NCBI GenBank assembly: GCA_964639815.1
Contig: CAZXIB010000001.1
Span: 1 to 41,849 of the forward strand
Origin: an uncultured Thomasclavelia sp.
Lineage (GTDB): Bacteria; Bacillota_I; Bacilli_A; Erysipelotrichales; Erysipelotrichaceae
DNA: 41,849 bases
Direction of reading: 5' to 3'
Shown: positions 1-9,522 of the stretch, piece after piece
Layout of the letters: every line of letters starts with the position of its first letter
Numbering within the stretch: the stretch's first letter is position 1
The notes under the pieces: generated by a model
The model's input: the letters and a program-made list of their open reading frames with translations, nothing else
What the model was told of the DNA's origin: nothing
Databases searched by the model: none
Position numbers and translations under genes: made by a program

Positions 1-26
1 CTCACTGAGAGGCCTTTTTATGAGCC

Positions 27-65
27 TTGACGGACTTTGGTGGTCGGTATAATATAGCTATTATG
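27..65 (+). promoter_or_regulatory. Promoter with near-leaderless start for the S41 peptidase gene
   Basis: TTGACG at 27-32 and TATAAT at 48-53 (the 15-nt spacer is short). The ATG at 63 is only 9 nt past the -10, and there is no SD. Confidence 0.4.
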
Positions 66-1571
66 AGTCAAGTACCAGAAGATAAAAACAATCAAGAAGA
101 AGTCTATCGCTTCCGCCTAAAAAAACAAGAACTTAGGTCAGAACGCGAGGAGAGAAAGGATAGATTCCGTCGTCGTTTGACTAGAGTTATAGCCTTGATA
201 GTCGCTATTTCTGTCGCCTTTGCGCTGGGCTTATTACTAGGCGCATATAAGCTCAATATGCAGCCATCAGTGAGCTTTGATACTGACAAGATTGAAGAGA
301 TTGCCTACTATATAGAAAACTATTGGCTTTATGGCGATGACTATGAGGATTTAATAGAAACGCTGTATGACCAAGCTCTATATGGTATGACGGAGCTTAC
401 TGATGACCCATATTCTACTTATGCTTCTGCTGAGGAGGCGGAAGACTTCAGTAATTCAATCAATGTGAGTTTTGTTGGTATCGGCGTGGGCATTAGACAA
501 TACGCTGGCGGTATCTTAATAACCAAGATTTATGAAGATTCACCAGCTCTTAAAGCTGGACTAGAGGCCGGAGATATCATCATGGCCGTTGATGGACAGT
601 CGGTTTATGGCATGAGTGTTTCTGATGTCAAAGAGATTATTGTTGGTGAAGTAGATACTAGTGTAAACCTTACAATACTTCGCGATGGCGAATATATGGA
701 AGTCGAGGTTACACGAGGTAGCGTTGATACTTCGGTTAGTGGAAGAGTAATAGATGATGTCGTCATCTTAGAGATTGCCTCTTTTGGTTTAGATACCTAT
801 GACGAGTGCGTAGACTTTTTGTCTCAGTATACCGACTACGATAAGTTAATCATCGATTTAAGAGATAATACAGGTGGCTACTCCAGTGCAGTAGAGAAGA
901 TTGCGGGACTGTTTTTACCTGAGGGCTCTGTATTAATGCGTGAGGTTGATAAGTATGGCAATGAAACAGCCGTCTATGTCAATAGTGACATCTACTACGA
1001 TAACTTTGAGCAGATAATCATCTTAACTAACAGCAGTACGGCCTCAGCCTCTGAGGTATTGACGCTTGCCCTTATTGAGGCCAGAGACGATGTCTATACC
1101 GTCGGCACAACAACCTATGGTAAGGGTGTCATCCAAACCACTTTTAGTTTAAGTGATGGCAGCTACCTAAGGCTTACCATCTATGAGTGGACATCGGATG
1201 CTGGTACATCAATAAATGGTGTTGGTATAGTTCCTGACTATGAAGTCTATCTCAATGATATTTACTATCAAAGTGTTGGTAGCTTCCCCGATACCGTATA
1301 TGAAGTCGATGATGTGAGTACCTATATTGCGATTGTGCAGGAGTGTCTAGACTTATTAGGCTATGATGTCGAGCGGACTGATGGCTACTTTGATGAGTCT
1401 TTAGAGGTCGCTATTACAATATATGCACAAGAGCACAGTATCGATAGTGATGGCACACTTACTAGTGAAGTCTATTCTGCTATCACATCTTCTGCCATGA
1501 GCTATCTTCTAAGCGATGAGGGTGATGCCCAACTCGTTAAAGCTTTAGAATTATTAGCTGATGAAGGTTAA
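63..1571 (+). CDS. S41 family C-terminal processing peptidase (CtpA/CtpB-like) with N-terminal TM anchor, PDZ domain and C-terminal peptidoglycan-binding-like repeat
   Basis: The ORF track gives 27..1571. I moved the start to ATG 63 because a TATAAT lies at 48-53 and the preceding codons have no SD. Motifs seen: TM helix LTRVIALIVAISVAFALGLLLGA; PDZ-like GVGIRQ...SPALKAGLEAGDII; S41 catalytic motifs SSTASASEVL and TYGKGVIQ; C-terminal YIAIVQECLDLLGYDV..DGYFDE, which resembles PG_binding_1. Confidence 0.8.
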   Translation: MSQVPEDKNNQEEVYRFRLKKQELRSEREERKDRFRRRLTRVIALIVAISVAFALGLLLGAYKLNMQPSVSFDTDKIEEIAYYIENYWLYGDDYEDLIETLYDQALYGMTELTDDPYSTYASAEEAEDFSNSINVSFVGIGVGIRQYAGGILITKIYEDSPALKAGLEAGDIIMAVDGQSVYGMSVSDVKEIIVGEVDTSVNLTILRDGEYMEVEVTRGSVDTSVSGRVIDDVVILEIASFGLDTYDECVDFLSQYTDYDKLIIDLRDNTGGYSSAVEKIAGLFLPEGSVLMREVDKYGNETAVYVNSDIYYDNFEQIIILTNSSTASASEVLTLALIEARDDVYTVGTTTYGKGVIQTTFSLSDGSYLRLTIYEWTSDAGTSINGVGIVPDYEVYLNDIYYQSVGSFPDTVYEVDDVSTYIAIVQECLDLLGYDVERTDGYFDESLEVAITIYAQEHSIDSDGTLTSEVYSAITSSAMSYLLSDEGDAQLVKALELLADEG

Positions 1572-2325
1572 TTTTCATACCCATACAGCACGATGTAATC
1601 ATGCCTTAGGCACTGATGAAGACTATGTCTTAGCAGCTATAGAGGGGGGCTATGATGTCTTAGGTTTTTCTGATCATATCCCCTGGGACTATAAGTCAGA
1701 TTATCATGGGCGCAGTCGCATGTCTTTGGACGATGTCGAAGATTACGCAAGCAGCATAAAGGCATTAAAAGATAGATATCGCGATAGGATAGCGATACGC
1801 TTAGGCTTTGAATGCGAATACTTTCCTGAATACTTAGACCAAGTAACAGCTTTAAAAGATAAATATGACATTGAATACTTTATCTTTGGCAATCACTATC
1901 ATAAAAGTGATGAAGTCAGCCGCTTTTATGGGGCATCTTGTAATGATGAAGAGCTTAAACGATACGTCAGTGACCTAAAAGAGGGGATGGCGACTGGTAT
2001 CTTTGCCTATATCGCCCATCCTGACCTCTTTATGCGGGCCAGGCGCGTCTTTGATGATAAGTGTCGTGATACCAGTATCGAGATATGTAAGTGGGCGAAA
2101 GAGAATGATATCATTCTGGAATACAACCTTGAAGGCCTCCGTAAAGGTTTTGGCTATCCTGATGGTGATTTCTGGAAGGTAGCCGCTTCTTTTAAAAACC
2201 GTGTCATCATTGGTGTTGACGCCCATGAACCAAGCAGTTTAAGCGATACAAGTCTTTATAATAGAGCTAAAGTTGAGCTAGAGAAGCTAGGCCTTAGTCC
2301 GCTGGAGGACTATCGTGGGCTTTGA
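1561..2325 (+). CDS. PHP-domain phosphoesterase, histidinol-phosphatase HisJ/YtvP-like family
   Basis: The N-terminal [11 protein letters not shown] metal-binding motif and later HPD and DAH motifs are typical of PHP/HisJ family proteins. The start overlaps the upstream stop by 11 nt. Confidence 0.6.
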   Translation: MKVNFHTHTARCNHALGTDEDYVLAAIEGGYDVLGFSDHIPWDYKSDYHGRSRMSLDDVEDYASSIKALKDRYRDRIAIRLGFECEYFPEYLDQVTALKDKYDIEYFIFGNHYHKSDEVSRFYGASCNDEELKRYVSDLKEGMATGIFAYIAHPDLFMRARRVFDDKCRDTSIEICKWAKENDIILEYNLEGLRKGFGYPDGDFWKVAASFKNRVIIGVDAHEPSSLSDTSLYNRAKVELEKLGLSPLEDYRGL

Positions 2326-4282
2326 GCTAGTTGCGCCTTTTAAGCCAACAGGTGATCAGCCTGAGGCTATTGAAAAATTGGCCCAAGGTGTTATTGATAA
2401 TAAGAGATTTCAAGTCTTGTTGGGGGCGACGGGTACTGGTAAGACCTTTACTATTGCCAATGTCATCGCCAAGGTTAATAAGCCTACTCTAGTATTTGCC
2501 CATAATAAGACCCTAGCTGGTCAGCTATACTCAGAGTTTAAAGAACTCTTCCCTAAAAACAGAGTCGAATACTTCGTCTCTAATTTTGACTACTATCAGC
2601 CAGAGGCCTATCTACCTAAGACTGATACCTATATCGAAAAGACGGCAATGACCAATGATGAAATCGATATGCTTAGAATGAGTGCTTATAACTCGCTACT
2701 CGAAAGACGCGATACCATCGTTGTCGCTTCTGTTGCCTGTATTTATGCCTCTAGTGACCCTAAGAGTTATAGAGACATGTTTTTTACCTTAAAGGTGGGT
2801 GAGACGATTGATAGACAAGACCTCATCAAGAAGTTAGTCGCCAGACAATATAAGCGCAATGATGTCGATCAATTGCGTTCAACCTTTAGAGTTAAGGGGG
2901 ATACAATAGAGGTCGTACCGGGTTATACAGATCAATTTGTAATAAGAATAGAGTTATATGATGATGAGATAGAAAGAATAGTAGAGATCGACCCTCTCAC
3001 AAGAGAAGTCTTAAATGGCTACCTTGTCTATAACTTCTTTCCCGCTACCGGATATGCTCGGGATAAGACAGATATCTACAGGGCTTGCGATACCATCGAA
3101 AAGGAATTAGAAGAGCGATTAGCCTTCTTTGACAAACATGATAAGCCACTAGAGAAAGAGCGCCTAGAACAGCGCACACGCTATGACTTAGAGGCTTTAA
3201 GAGAATTTGGTATCTGTAGTGGCATCGAGAACTATTCAGCCCATATTGATGGCAGATACAACCATGAGCGACCCTTTAATCTATTTGATTACTTCCCTGA
3301 TGACTTCTTATTAGTTGTCGATGAGTCTCATGTGTCTTTACCCCAGATACGTGGTATGTACCATGGTGATAGGTCACGTAAGGAGACACTGGTCGAGTAC
3401 GGTTTTAGACTACCAAGTGCCCTCGATAATAGACCGATGACCTTTGACGAGTTTATGGACGTCACAAAGCAAGTCATCTATGTATCGGCGACACCCGGTG
3501 ACTTTGAATTAGAGAAGGTAAATAACAGCGTAGTTGAACAGATTATAAGACCAACAGGTCTATTAGACCCCGAAGTAGAAGTTCGACCAACACTTGGACA
3601 GATAGATGACATCTTGCAAGAGATAAAGGACAATATCGCCGTCGATGAAAGAACGCTAATAACGACTCTCACCGTCAAAATGGCTGAAGACCTTACCGAC
3701 TTCCTCAAAAAACAAGACCTCAAAGTCGCTTATCTGCACCATGAGACCAAGACCTTAGAGCGCACAGAGATAATAACCGACTTGCGCAAAGGCGAATATG
3801 ATGTCTTAGTCGGTATTAACCTATTAAGAGAGGGTCTTGACATTCCTGAAGTATCACTAATAGTAATACTAGATGCTGATAAGGAAGGTTTTTTAAGGTC
3901 AGAGAGATCACTCATTCAAACGATAGGTAGGGCCGCTAGAAATGCTAGGGGCAGAGTTATTCTATACGCCGATACTATTACCGATTCAATGCAAAAGGCT
4001 ATGGATGAGACTAAGCGACGTCGTGATACACAGATGGCCTATAATGCAGCCCACGGCATAATACCTAAGACCATCAAAAAAGAAATAAGAGAGCCAATAC
4101 ATGGCAAAGAAACCAAAGAAATGACTCGTAAGTATCTCAAAAAGCAGGTTCATACCAAAAAGGACAAGGAAAAGCTCATTGTCTCGCTTACTACCGAAAT
4201 GAAACAAGCTGCAAAAGCTATGGAATTTGAAAAGGCTGCTGAACTTCGCGACATGATATTAGAACTCAAAGCAGAGCTGTGA
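2315..4282 (+). CDS. uvrB: Excinuclease ABC subunit B
   Basis: GTG start preceded by GGAGG at 2303-2307. Motifs: GDQPEAI, Walker [13 protein letters not shown] box, helicase motif [11 protein letters not shown], and a C-terminal UVR domain ([11 protein letters not shown]). Confidence 0.97.
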   Translation: MGFELVAPFKPTGDQPEAIEKLAQGVIDNKRFQVLLGATGTGKTFTIANVIAKVNKPTLVFAHNKTLAGQLYSEFKELFPKNRVEYFVSNFDYYQPEAYLPKTDTYIEKTAMTNDEIDMLRMSAYNSLLERRDTIVVASVACIYASSDPKSYRDMFFTLKVGETIDRQDLIKKLVARQYKRNDVDQLRSTFRVKGDTIEVVPGYTDQFVIRIELYDDEIERIVEIDPLTREVLNGYLVYNFFPATGYARDKTDIYRACDTIEKELEERLAFFDKHDKPLEKERLEQRTRYDLEALREFGICSGIENYSAHIDGRYNHERPFNLFDYFPDDFLLVVDESHVSLPQIRGMYHGDRSRKETLVEYGFRLPSALDNRPMTFDEFMDVTKQVIYVSATPGDFELEKVNNSVVEQIIRPTGLLDPEVEVRPTLGQIDDILQEIKDNIAVDERTLITTLTVKMAEDLTDFLKKQDLKVAYLHHETKTLERTEIITDLRKGEYDVLVGINLLREGLDIPEVSLIVILDADKEGFLRSERSLIQTIGRAARNARGRVILYADTITDSMQKAMDETKRRRDTQMAYNAAHGIIPKTIKKEIREPIHGKETKEMTRKYLKKQVHTKKDKEKLIVSLTTEMKQAAKAMEFEKAAELRDMILELKAEL

Positions 4283-4369
4283 TTTGAGGAATAGGATAGC
4301 TACCTGGTAATAGGCTAATTGCTTTTTGTTTTCTATGTTTTAATAGATACGAAGTAGACGACCGTCTCT

Positions 4370-4387
4370 TTAGAGGTCTTAGAGGTC
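4370..4387 (+). repeat. Tandem 9-bp direct repeat (TTAGAGGTC x2) over the -35 region of the rapZ promoter
   Basis: Two exact adjacent copies at 4370-4378 and 4379-4387, with the -10 at 4401-4406. Confidence 0.5.
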
Positions 4388-4397
4388 GCGTTTTGTG

Positions 4398-4415
4398 TGT
4401 TATAATGGCGACATG
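4398..4415 (+). promoter_or_regulatory. Extended -10 promoter (TGtTATAAT) 6 nt upstream of the rapZ ATG; leaderless mRNA candidate
   Basis: TG at 4398-4399, TATAAT at 4401-4406, ATG at 4413. No SD is possible in the 6-nt gap. Confidence 0.55.
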
Positions 4416-5261
4416 GAAAAAGAGATTATCGTCGTCAGTGGTATATCAGGGGCAGGCAAGACCACTGTTTCTAATATCTTAGAGGACTTAGGATACCTCT
4501 GCATAGATCAGTTACCATCACCAATATTAAAAAACTTTGTGGAACTCGTAGAAAATGACGCGTCATTTCGTTACGACAAGGTAGTGATGACGATAACCAT
4601 CTTTGATTTAGACAACTACTTCACTATCTTAGACAATCTTTCTATCAAGGCTAGAGCCATCATGTTGGATGCGGATGAAGAAGTCATATTAAATAGATAT
4701 AAGTTTACTAGACGCTTACATCCTCTGCTTTTGACAAATAAGGTCAATACTTTAGAAGAGGCTGTGGCAATGGAAAAGGAGATTTTGGCTCGGTATGCGG
4801 AGAAGTTTGAAGTCATCAATACCAGCAACATCAGCGAACAAGTCCTCAAAAAGCGTTTAGCCACTTTTTTAGATGTCGATGAGTCTTATCGTTTTACGAT
4901 ATCCTTTGTCTCTTTTGGCTATAAGAATGGCCTACCCCAAGATGCCGATATCATCATTGATACACGCTTTTTAGACAATCCTTACTATACTGAAGAGCTT
5001 AGACATATGACGGGTAATGACAGTGCCGTCTATGACTTTGTCTTTGAAAAGGATGTAACTAAAGAGTTTATAAGTCATATAACACCATACTTAGATTTTG
5101 TCTTTACTACCTATATATCGCAAAGCAAGCGTCATTTAACGGTTGCCATCGGTTGTACTGGTGGACAACACCGCAGTGTCAGTATCGCCAATTGGCTATA
5201 TCGACACTATCGTGATAGATATGTCTGCCTTTTGGCTCACAGGGAGCTACATGAGCACTAA
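4413..5261 (+). CDS. rapZ: RNase adapter / nucleotide-binding protein RapZ (YvcJ)
   Basis: Walker A GISGAGKTT near the N-terminus and the C-terminal GCTGGQHRSV motif. Start set at ATG 4413 (MEKEIIVVSG) rather than the track start 4395, which falls inside the promoter -10 region. Confidence 0.9.
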   Translation: MEKEIIVVSGISGAGKTTVSNILEDLGYLCIDQLPSPILKNFVELVENDASFRYDKVVMTITIFDLDNYFTILDNLSIKARAIMLDADEEVILNRYKFTRRLHPLLLTNKVNTLEEAVAMEKEILARYAEKFEVINTSNISEQVLKKRLATFLDVDESYRFTISFVSFGYKNGLPQDADIIIDTRFLDNPYYTEELRHMTGNDSAVYDFVFEKDVTKEFISHITPYLDFVFTTYISQSKRHLTVAIGCTGGQHRSVSIANWLYRHYRDRYVCLLAHRELHEH

Positions 5262-6204
5262 GAAGGTCGTTGTCATTGGTGGAGGACATGGTCAAGCAAC
5301 CATCTTGCGCGGTATTAAAGAAATAGCCGATATTGATATATCGACCATTGTAACTGTTGCGGATGATGGTGGTTCTACCGGTCGTATCCGTCACCTCTAT
5401 AAGATACCGGCTATGGGCGATGTCCGTAATGTCTTACTAGCCCTAGCTACTGAAGATAGCTATATGACGAGTCTATTAGACTATCGTTTTAGCTCTCATT
5501 TAGACGATGAAGACTTTGATATTATTGGTCATAACTTAGGCAATCTCATACTAACGGCTTTAAGTGAAACGACAGGTTCTTTTATGGATGCCATAGGAAT
5601 ACTCAGTAAGGCCTTAGCTATAAAGGGTAGGGTCTATCCTTCTTCCCTTGACTTACTTACGCTATACGCCAAAATGGACGATGACACCATCGTTAAAGGC
5701 GAGGCCAACATACCTAGCTTTAACCATCACATCAAAGAGGTCTTTTATCGCCGGATTGCTCACGCTACTGCTGGTGTGGTAGATGTGATTATGGATGCTG
5801 ACCTCATTATATATGGCATAGGTTCTGTCTATACATCCATCATCCCCAACATCATCATCCCCGAGATAAAAAAGGCTTTAAAGGAGACTAGTGCTTATAA
5901 GGTCTACTTCGCTAACTGCATGACCCAAAACAACGAAACCTTTGACTATGACTTAAAAGACCATGTAAAGGCCATGCAAGATCATGGAGCTATAATCGAC
6001 TTAGTCGTTAAACATTCTGATGAGATACCAGAAGATATCTTAGCGCGTTATCGCAAAGAGAACTCAGTTGAGGTCATCGACCATCACGATACCGGCATTG
6101 AGGTTTGGAGTCGTGACTTACTCACTTTTGATAGGAACCTCGTCCGTCATGACTCAGCTAAGATAGAAGCCGTGGTTAATGAGATACTTAAAAGGTCAAG
6201 GTAA
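5251..6204 (+). CDS. yvcK: YvcK/CuvA family gluconeogenesis/cell-shape factor (CofD-like)
   Basis: VVVIGGGHGQATILRGIK and TVADDGGSTGRIR motifs. Conserved rapZ-yvcK-whiA synteny. Start moved to ATG 5251 (GGGAG SD at 5241-5245); the longer track ORF runs out of frame through the rapZ 3' end. Confidence 0.9.
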   Translation: MSTKKVVVIGGGHGQATILRGIKEIADIDISTIVTVADDGGSTGRIRHLYKIPAMGDVRNVLLALATEDSYMTSLLDYRFSSHLDDEDFDIIGHNLGNLILTALSETTGSFMDAIGILSKALAIKGRVYPSSLDLLTLYAKMDDDTIVKGEANIPSFNHHIKEVFYRRIAHATAGVVDVIMDADLIIYGIGSVYTSIIPNIIIPEIKKALKETSAYKVYFANCMTQNNETFDYDLKDHVKAMQDHGAIIDLVVKHSDEIPEDILARYRKENSVEVIDHHDTGIEVWSRDLLTFDRNLVRHDSAKIEAVVNEILKRSR

Positions 6205-7157
6205 TGTCTTTTTCCAGTGAGATTAAACAAGAAGTAGCCTATAATGGCCTAAAGGACTGTTGCCAAAGAGCACAGTTAAGTGCTCTTATCCAACTAACTT
6301 CTTCTATCGCCATATCTAAGGGTCAGATGGATCTTACCATAAAGACAGAGAATCCAACGACGGCTAGACGCATCATGACTTTGTGTAAGAATCGCTATCC
6401 TGATACCGATATAAGACTAGAAGTCGTTCAAAAGACTAACCTCCGCAAAAACAACATCTATACCCTAACTGTCTTAGGTAAGACCAATGATATACTCGGT
6501 GACTTAGGACTGTATAATACCAAGGGTCTTTTACTAGAACACCCTCTCTATCACATCATTGCCAAGGACTGTTGTGCTAGAGCCTACTTGGCCGGGGCCT
6601 TTTTGGCCTTTGGATCTTGTAATAGCCCGGCAAAGACGAATTATCATCTAGAGATAGCTCTTATGAGTATTTCTCATGCCCACTTCATCGTTAAGTTAGT
6701 GAGTCGTTTTGGAATTTCTGCTAAGATAATGAAAAGACGCAATAAATATGTCGTCTATGTAAAGCGGGCTGATGAGATATCAGACTTCTTGCGTTGTATT
6801 GGCGCTCATGAGTCTTTGATGAAGCTTGAGAATGCTAGGATATCTCGTGACTTTAAAAACAGCCTTACTAGGCTCGATAATTGCGAGATAGCCAATGAAG
6901 TAAAGAGTCTAAAGGCTACAACCCAGCAATTGGCTGATATGGAAGTCATCATTGCCTCACCCCGTTATGAGGACATAGAACCAAGATTAAAGACAGTTAT
7001 TGATTTGCGTATGAAGTATAGAGACCACAGCCTTAGTGAGCTAGCTAAAGCCTACTATGACAATACGGGTGAAATGATATCCAAGTCAGGATTAAAACAT
7101 CGCCTTGTCAAGATTCATGACATCGCCGAAGATATAAAGGAAAAGGAGGCCAGATGA
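6204..7157 (+). CDS. whiA: DNA-binding sporulation/cell-division regulator WhiA
   Basis: N-terminal FSSEIKQE..CC..A.LSALI signature, LAGLIDADG-like core (RAYLAGAFLAFGS), C-terminal HTH. TAATG overlap with yvcK. Confidence 0.9.
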   Translation: MSFSSEIKQEVAYNGLKDCCQRAQLSALIQLTSSIAISKGQMDLTIKTENPTTARRIMTLCKNRYPDTDIRLEVVQKTNLRKNNIYTLTVLGKTNDILGDLGLYNTKGLLLEHPLYHIIAKDCCARAYLAGAFLAFGSCNSPAKTNYHLEIALMSISHAHFIVKLVSRFGISAKIMKRRNKYVVYVKRADEISDFLRCIGAHESLMKLENARISRDFKNSLTRLDNCEIANEVKSLKATTQQLADMEVIIASPRYEDIEPRLKTVIDLRMKYRDHSLSELAKAYYDNTGEMISKSGLKHRLVKIHDIAEDIKEKEAR

Positions 7158-7987
7158 TAAGTATTGCCACCAAAGAAGACCTTACAAAGATAGGGGACTT
7201 AGGTAAGGACAAGGCCTATCTTGATGATGAGGACATCGTATATTACTGCCTTTTTGAAGGAGAAAAGCTTTTAGCTTATATTGCAAGCCGTCCTTTAGTG
7301 ATAAAACTGGGTGAGCACTTACTCAAGTCTTCTACCATCATCGACATCGTCGATACAGGCAGTGAAAAAGATAGAGATGAGCTAGTAAGAGCTGTCAATG
7401 ACTATAGAGAACACACAGAACTGTTATCGTTTTCTAAGATAGCGGACTATACGCTAATAGAATTAGGTTATACCAATGTCTATCCCAAGGTCTCTTATAC
7501 CTTTGATAAGTATAAGTTTAAGCCTGTTGAAACTTTTGGTGTTAGAGAGGTGAGTGATGTCAGTGAAGCCTTAGATGCCTATGGCAAGATGATGGCTAAC
7601 TTTGATGGTTATGTCTTTCGCGATTCTTCTTGGTTTACTGCCCAAGCCAAAAAGGATAGAGCTATGTTTCGGATATCTAAGGATGCCTATTTTACTTTGC
7701 GGCTAGTAGGTGAAACGGCCTTTATTGATGAGCTAGTTTATTCTTTCTTAGAAGAAGTCGATATAGCCATCGCCTATGCCCTCAAGTATGCCAATCAAGT
7801 CATAGTTACAGTATCGGCTTATGAAAAATTAGAACTACACTATAGTGAAGTATACATGGGGCCTGAAACCTATACCTTAGGACGTATTAACGACATAAAT
7901 CACTTCAATAGGCTGTATGGTACTAAGTATAAAGACATAAAAAAAGCCCTAGCGATGTCAGGCCGGGCTGTTAGACTTGATGATTAG
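7154..7987 (+). CDS. Eis-like GNAT/SCP2-type protein with a degenerate acetyl-CoA motif (tentative)
   Basis: The layout resembles Eis-family acetyltransferases: a beta-strand pair around PLVIKLGEHLLKSSTIIDIV, ELGYTNVY, the FDGYVFRDSSWF segment, and a C-terminal LGRINDINHFNRLY SCP2-like tail. The R/Q-x-x-G-x-G/A CoA-binding signature is absent. ATGA overlap with the whiA stop. Confidence 0.3.
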   Translation: MISIATKEDLTKIGDLGKDKAYLDDEDIVYYCLFEGEKLLAYIASRPLVIKLGEHLLKSSTIIDIVDTGSEKDRDELVRAVNDYREHTELLSFSKIADYTLIELGYTNVYPKVSYTFDKYKFKPVETFGVREVSDVSEALDAYGKMMANFDGYVFRDSSWFTAQAKKDRAMFRISKDAYFTLRLVGETAFIDELVYSFLEEVDIAIAYALKYANQVIVTVSAYEKLELHYSEVYMGPETYTLGRINDINHFNRLYGTKYKDIKKALAMSGRAVRLDD

Positions 7988-8526
7988 AGGTCTTCATCAC
8001 TGACTTGTAATAAGTGTTTTAGAAGACTGATGCCTTTTTCGGCAATCTTGACCGTTGCAACCTTAGCCTTGGCTAGGGTTTTTTGATTTTCTGGTCTAGC
8101 CAAATAGTCTTCTATCTCTTCAAAGACAGAAGAAGTAAATTCCTTTATAACTAAGAGATTTGCCTTGAACTCTTCATCGCTCTTTAGTTCATTAATGGCA
8201 TCTTTAATCTCGTATTTTACCTCCTCAATATCATCGTCTTCTGGTGAGCTTACGACTTTATCAATCTTGTCACGTGTATAGATAACTGCACTATCACACT
8301 TGGCGATGACATCACTCAAAAAACTACTTATGTCATCTTGATTTATATGGCTAGTGGCCTCCTCAACCGTTTTGATGACTTGTTTTACGACAGAAATACA
8401 GCGATTGGCAATCTCAGCAATACGATATTTTGTGTCGCTGGGCATATCATTACTACGCATAGCAGCGTAGGTTTCAATTTCCGTAATCTTTTCCTTTAGG
8501 TATTGGATAGTATCTTGGACGTTCAT
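7984..8526 (-). CDS. Hypothetical acidic all-helical protein (180 aa)
   Basis: Strong SD (AGGAGG, complement of 8531-8536) and a good codon pattern. Its stop overlaps the stop of the convergent 7154..7987 gene. I recognise no family motif. Confidence 0.6.
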   Translation of the reverse strand: MNVQDTIQYLKEKITEIETYAAMRSNDMPSDTKYRIAEIANRCISVVKQVIKTVEEATSHINQDDISSFLSDVIAKCDSAVIYTRDKIDKVVSSPEDDDIEEVKYEIKDAINELKSDEEFKANLLVIKEFTSSVFEEIEDYLARPENQKTLAKAKVATVKIAEKGISLLKHLLQVSDEDL

Positions 8527-8637
8527 GAGCTTCCTCCTTTGCCTATATTATATGCGCAAATAGCCTTGATGATAAGAAAGAATATTGTTAAGTTATACTT
8601 AAGTAAGGTTGCATAGAATTAACGTGTTATGCAATAG

Positions 8638-8651
8638 GCTGGGTACCCAGC
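8638..8651. promoter_or_regulatory. Perfect 14-bp palindrome in the divergent intergenic region
   Basis: GCTGGGTACCCAGC lies 22 nt upstream of the 8674 ATG, between two divergent unknown genes. Confidence 0.3.
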
Positions 8652-8673
8652 AAGGGAATACGAGGAGACGTTT

Positions 8674-9462
8674 ATGAGTATCTTTACCTATCTGTATGCT
8701 GAACAGAATGGCGACTTTTGCGAATACAATGGTGACTTAAAGGAATATTTGCTCCTATTAGACGCGGACTATCCGGACTATGACTTATTGCACTGGTTGG
8801 CCGATAAACACGATGGTATTCGTGTCTGCGTTGACTATCGTTTGCCCATTGTTGAGTCATCCGTTTCCAATATGATAATCCGTTATAAAGATGTAAGTAA
8901 ACTCGATAATAAATCCATCATCTGCCCCTATATCTTCTATATGAAGGGCGAGGAGAGATCAAGGGCCATCATTGTGGCTAAGGACTACTTAGTGGCTAAG
9001 GGCTTCTATTATGTCGCTACTGAGCGTGATGGCATACTCAATGAATACAAGAACTTCATTATCGCCTGCGATACAGATAGAGACCATCTAAATGAGGTCT
9101 TTGAAAACTTGTTTAGTGATAGGGCAGCGCGCATTCAACACGACTTAGATAAAAAGATATTCCCGACTTATGATGACCTTTTAATCCACGCACAAAATTA
9201 TGCCGATAAATTAAGGGATAATATCTTCGATGAGCTAAAAGAGGCAGAAGACAAGGCCAAACTCATCCAAAATGTCATAACGGAGTGGTTCTTACTAAAA
9301 AAGACCGCCTATGTCCACTACATGGTCAATAAGGAAATCTTAGAGACAAGGCATCAGGGTGACAATAGAGCCCAGCGCTCACAAGCGAAAAAGAACGCTG
9401 ATACTATCCGTTTTATCTCTTTGACTGAGCTTTGGCGTGGTCGACTAGATTCTGAGAAGTAA
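8674..9462 (+). CDS. Hypothetical protein (262 aa), mixed alpha/beta N-terminal half and helical basic C-terminal half
   Basis: GAGGAG SD 8 nt upstream of the ATG. No recognisable motif. Confidence 0.6.
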   Translation: MSIFTYLYAEQNGDFCEYNGDLKEYLLLLDADYPDYDLLHWLADKHDGIRVCVDYRLPIVESSVSNMIIRYKDVSKLDNKSIICPYIFYMKGEERSRAIIVAKDYLVAKGFYYVATERDGILNEYKNFIIACDTDRDHLNEVFENLFSDRAARIQHDLDKKIFPTYDDLLIHAQNYADKLRDNIFDELKEAEDKAKLIQNVITEWFLLKKTAYVHYMVNKEILETRHQGDNRAQRSQAKKNADTIRFISLTELWRGRLDSEK

Positions 9463-9522
9463 AAAAGAGTTAATCTTTCGCTACTACTTAGGTGTTTTGA
9501 TGTCTCAAGACTCCTATATTAT

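Noticed and set aside
1-26. GGCCTTTTTAT at the window start as the tail of an upstream terminator.
   Set aside because: The 5' half of any stem lies outside the window, so this cannot be supported.
4280-4282. An alternative genetic code (TGA = Trp, Mollicutes-like), considered because of the low GC and the rapZ-yvcK-whiA context.
   Set aside because: TGA clearly terminates well-conserved proteins at their expected C-termini (uvrB, whiA, phoU, prs). This supports the standard bacterial code.
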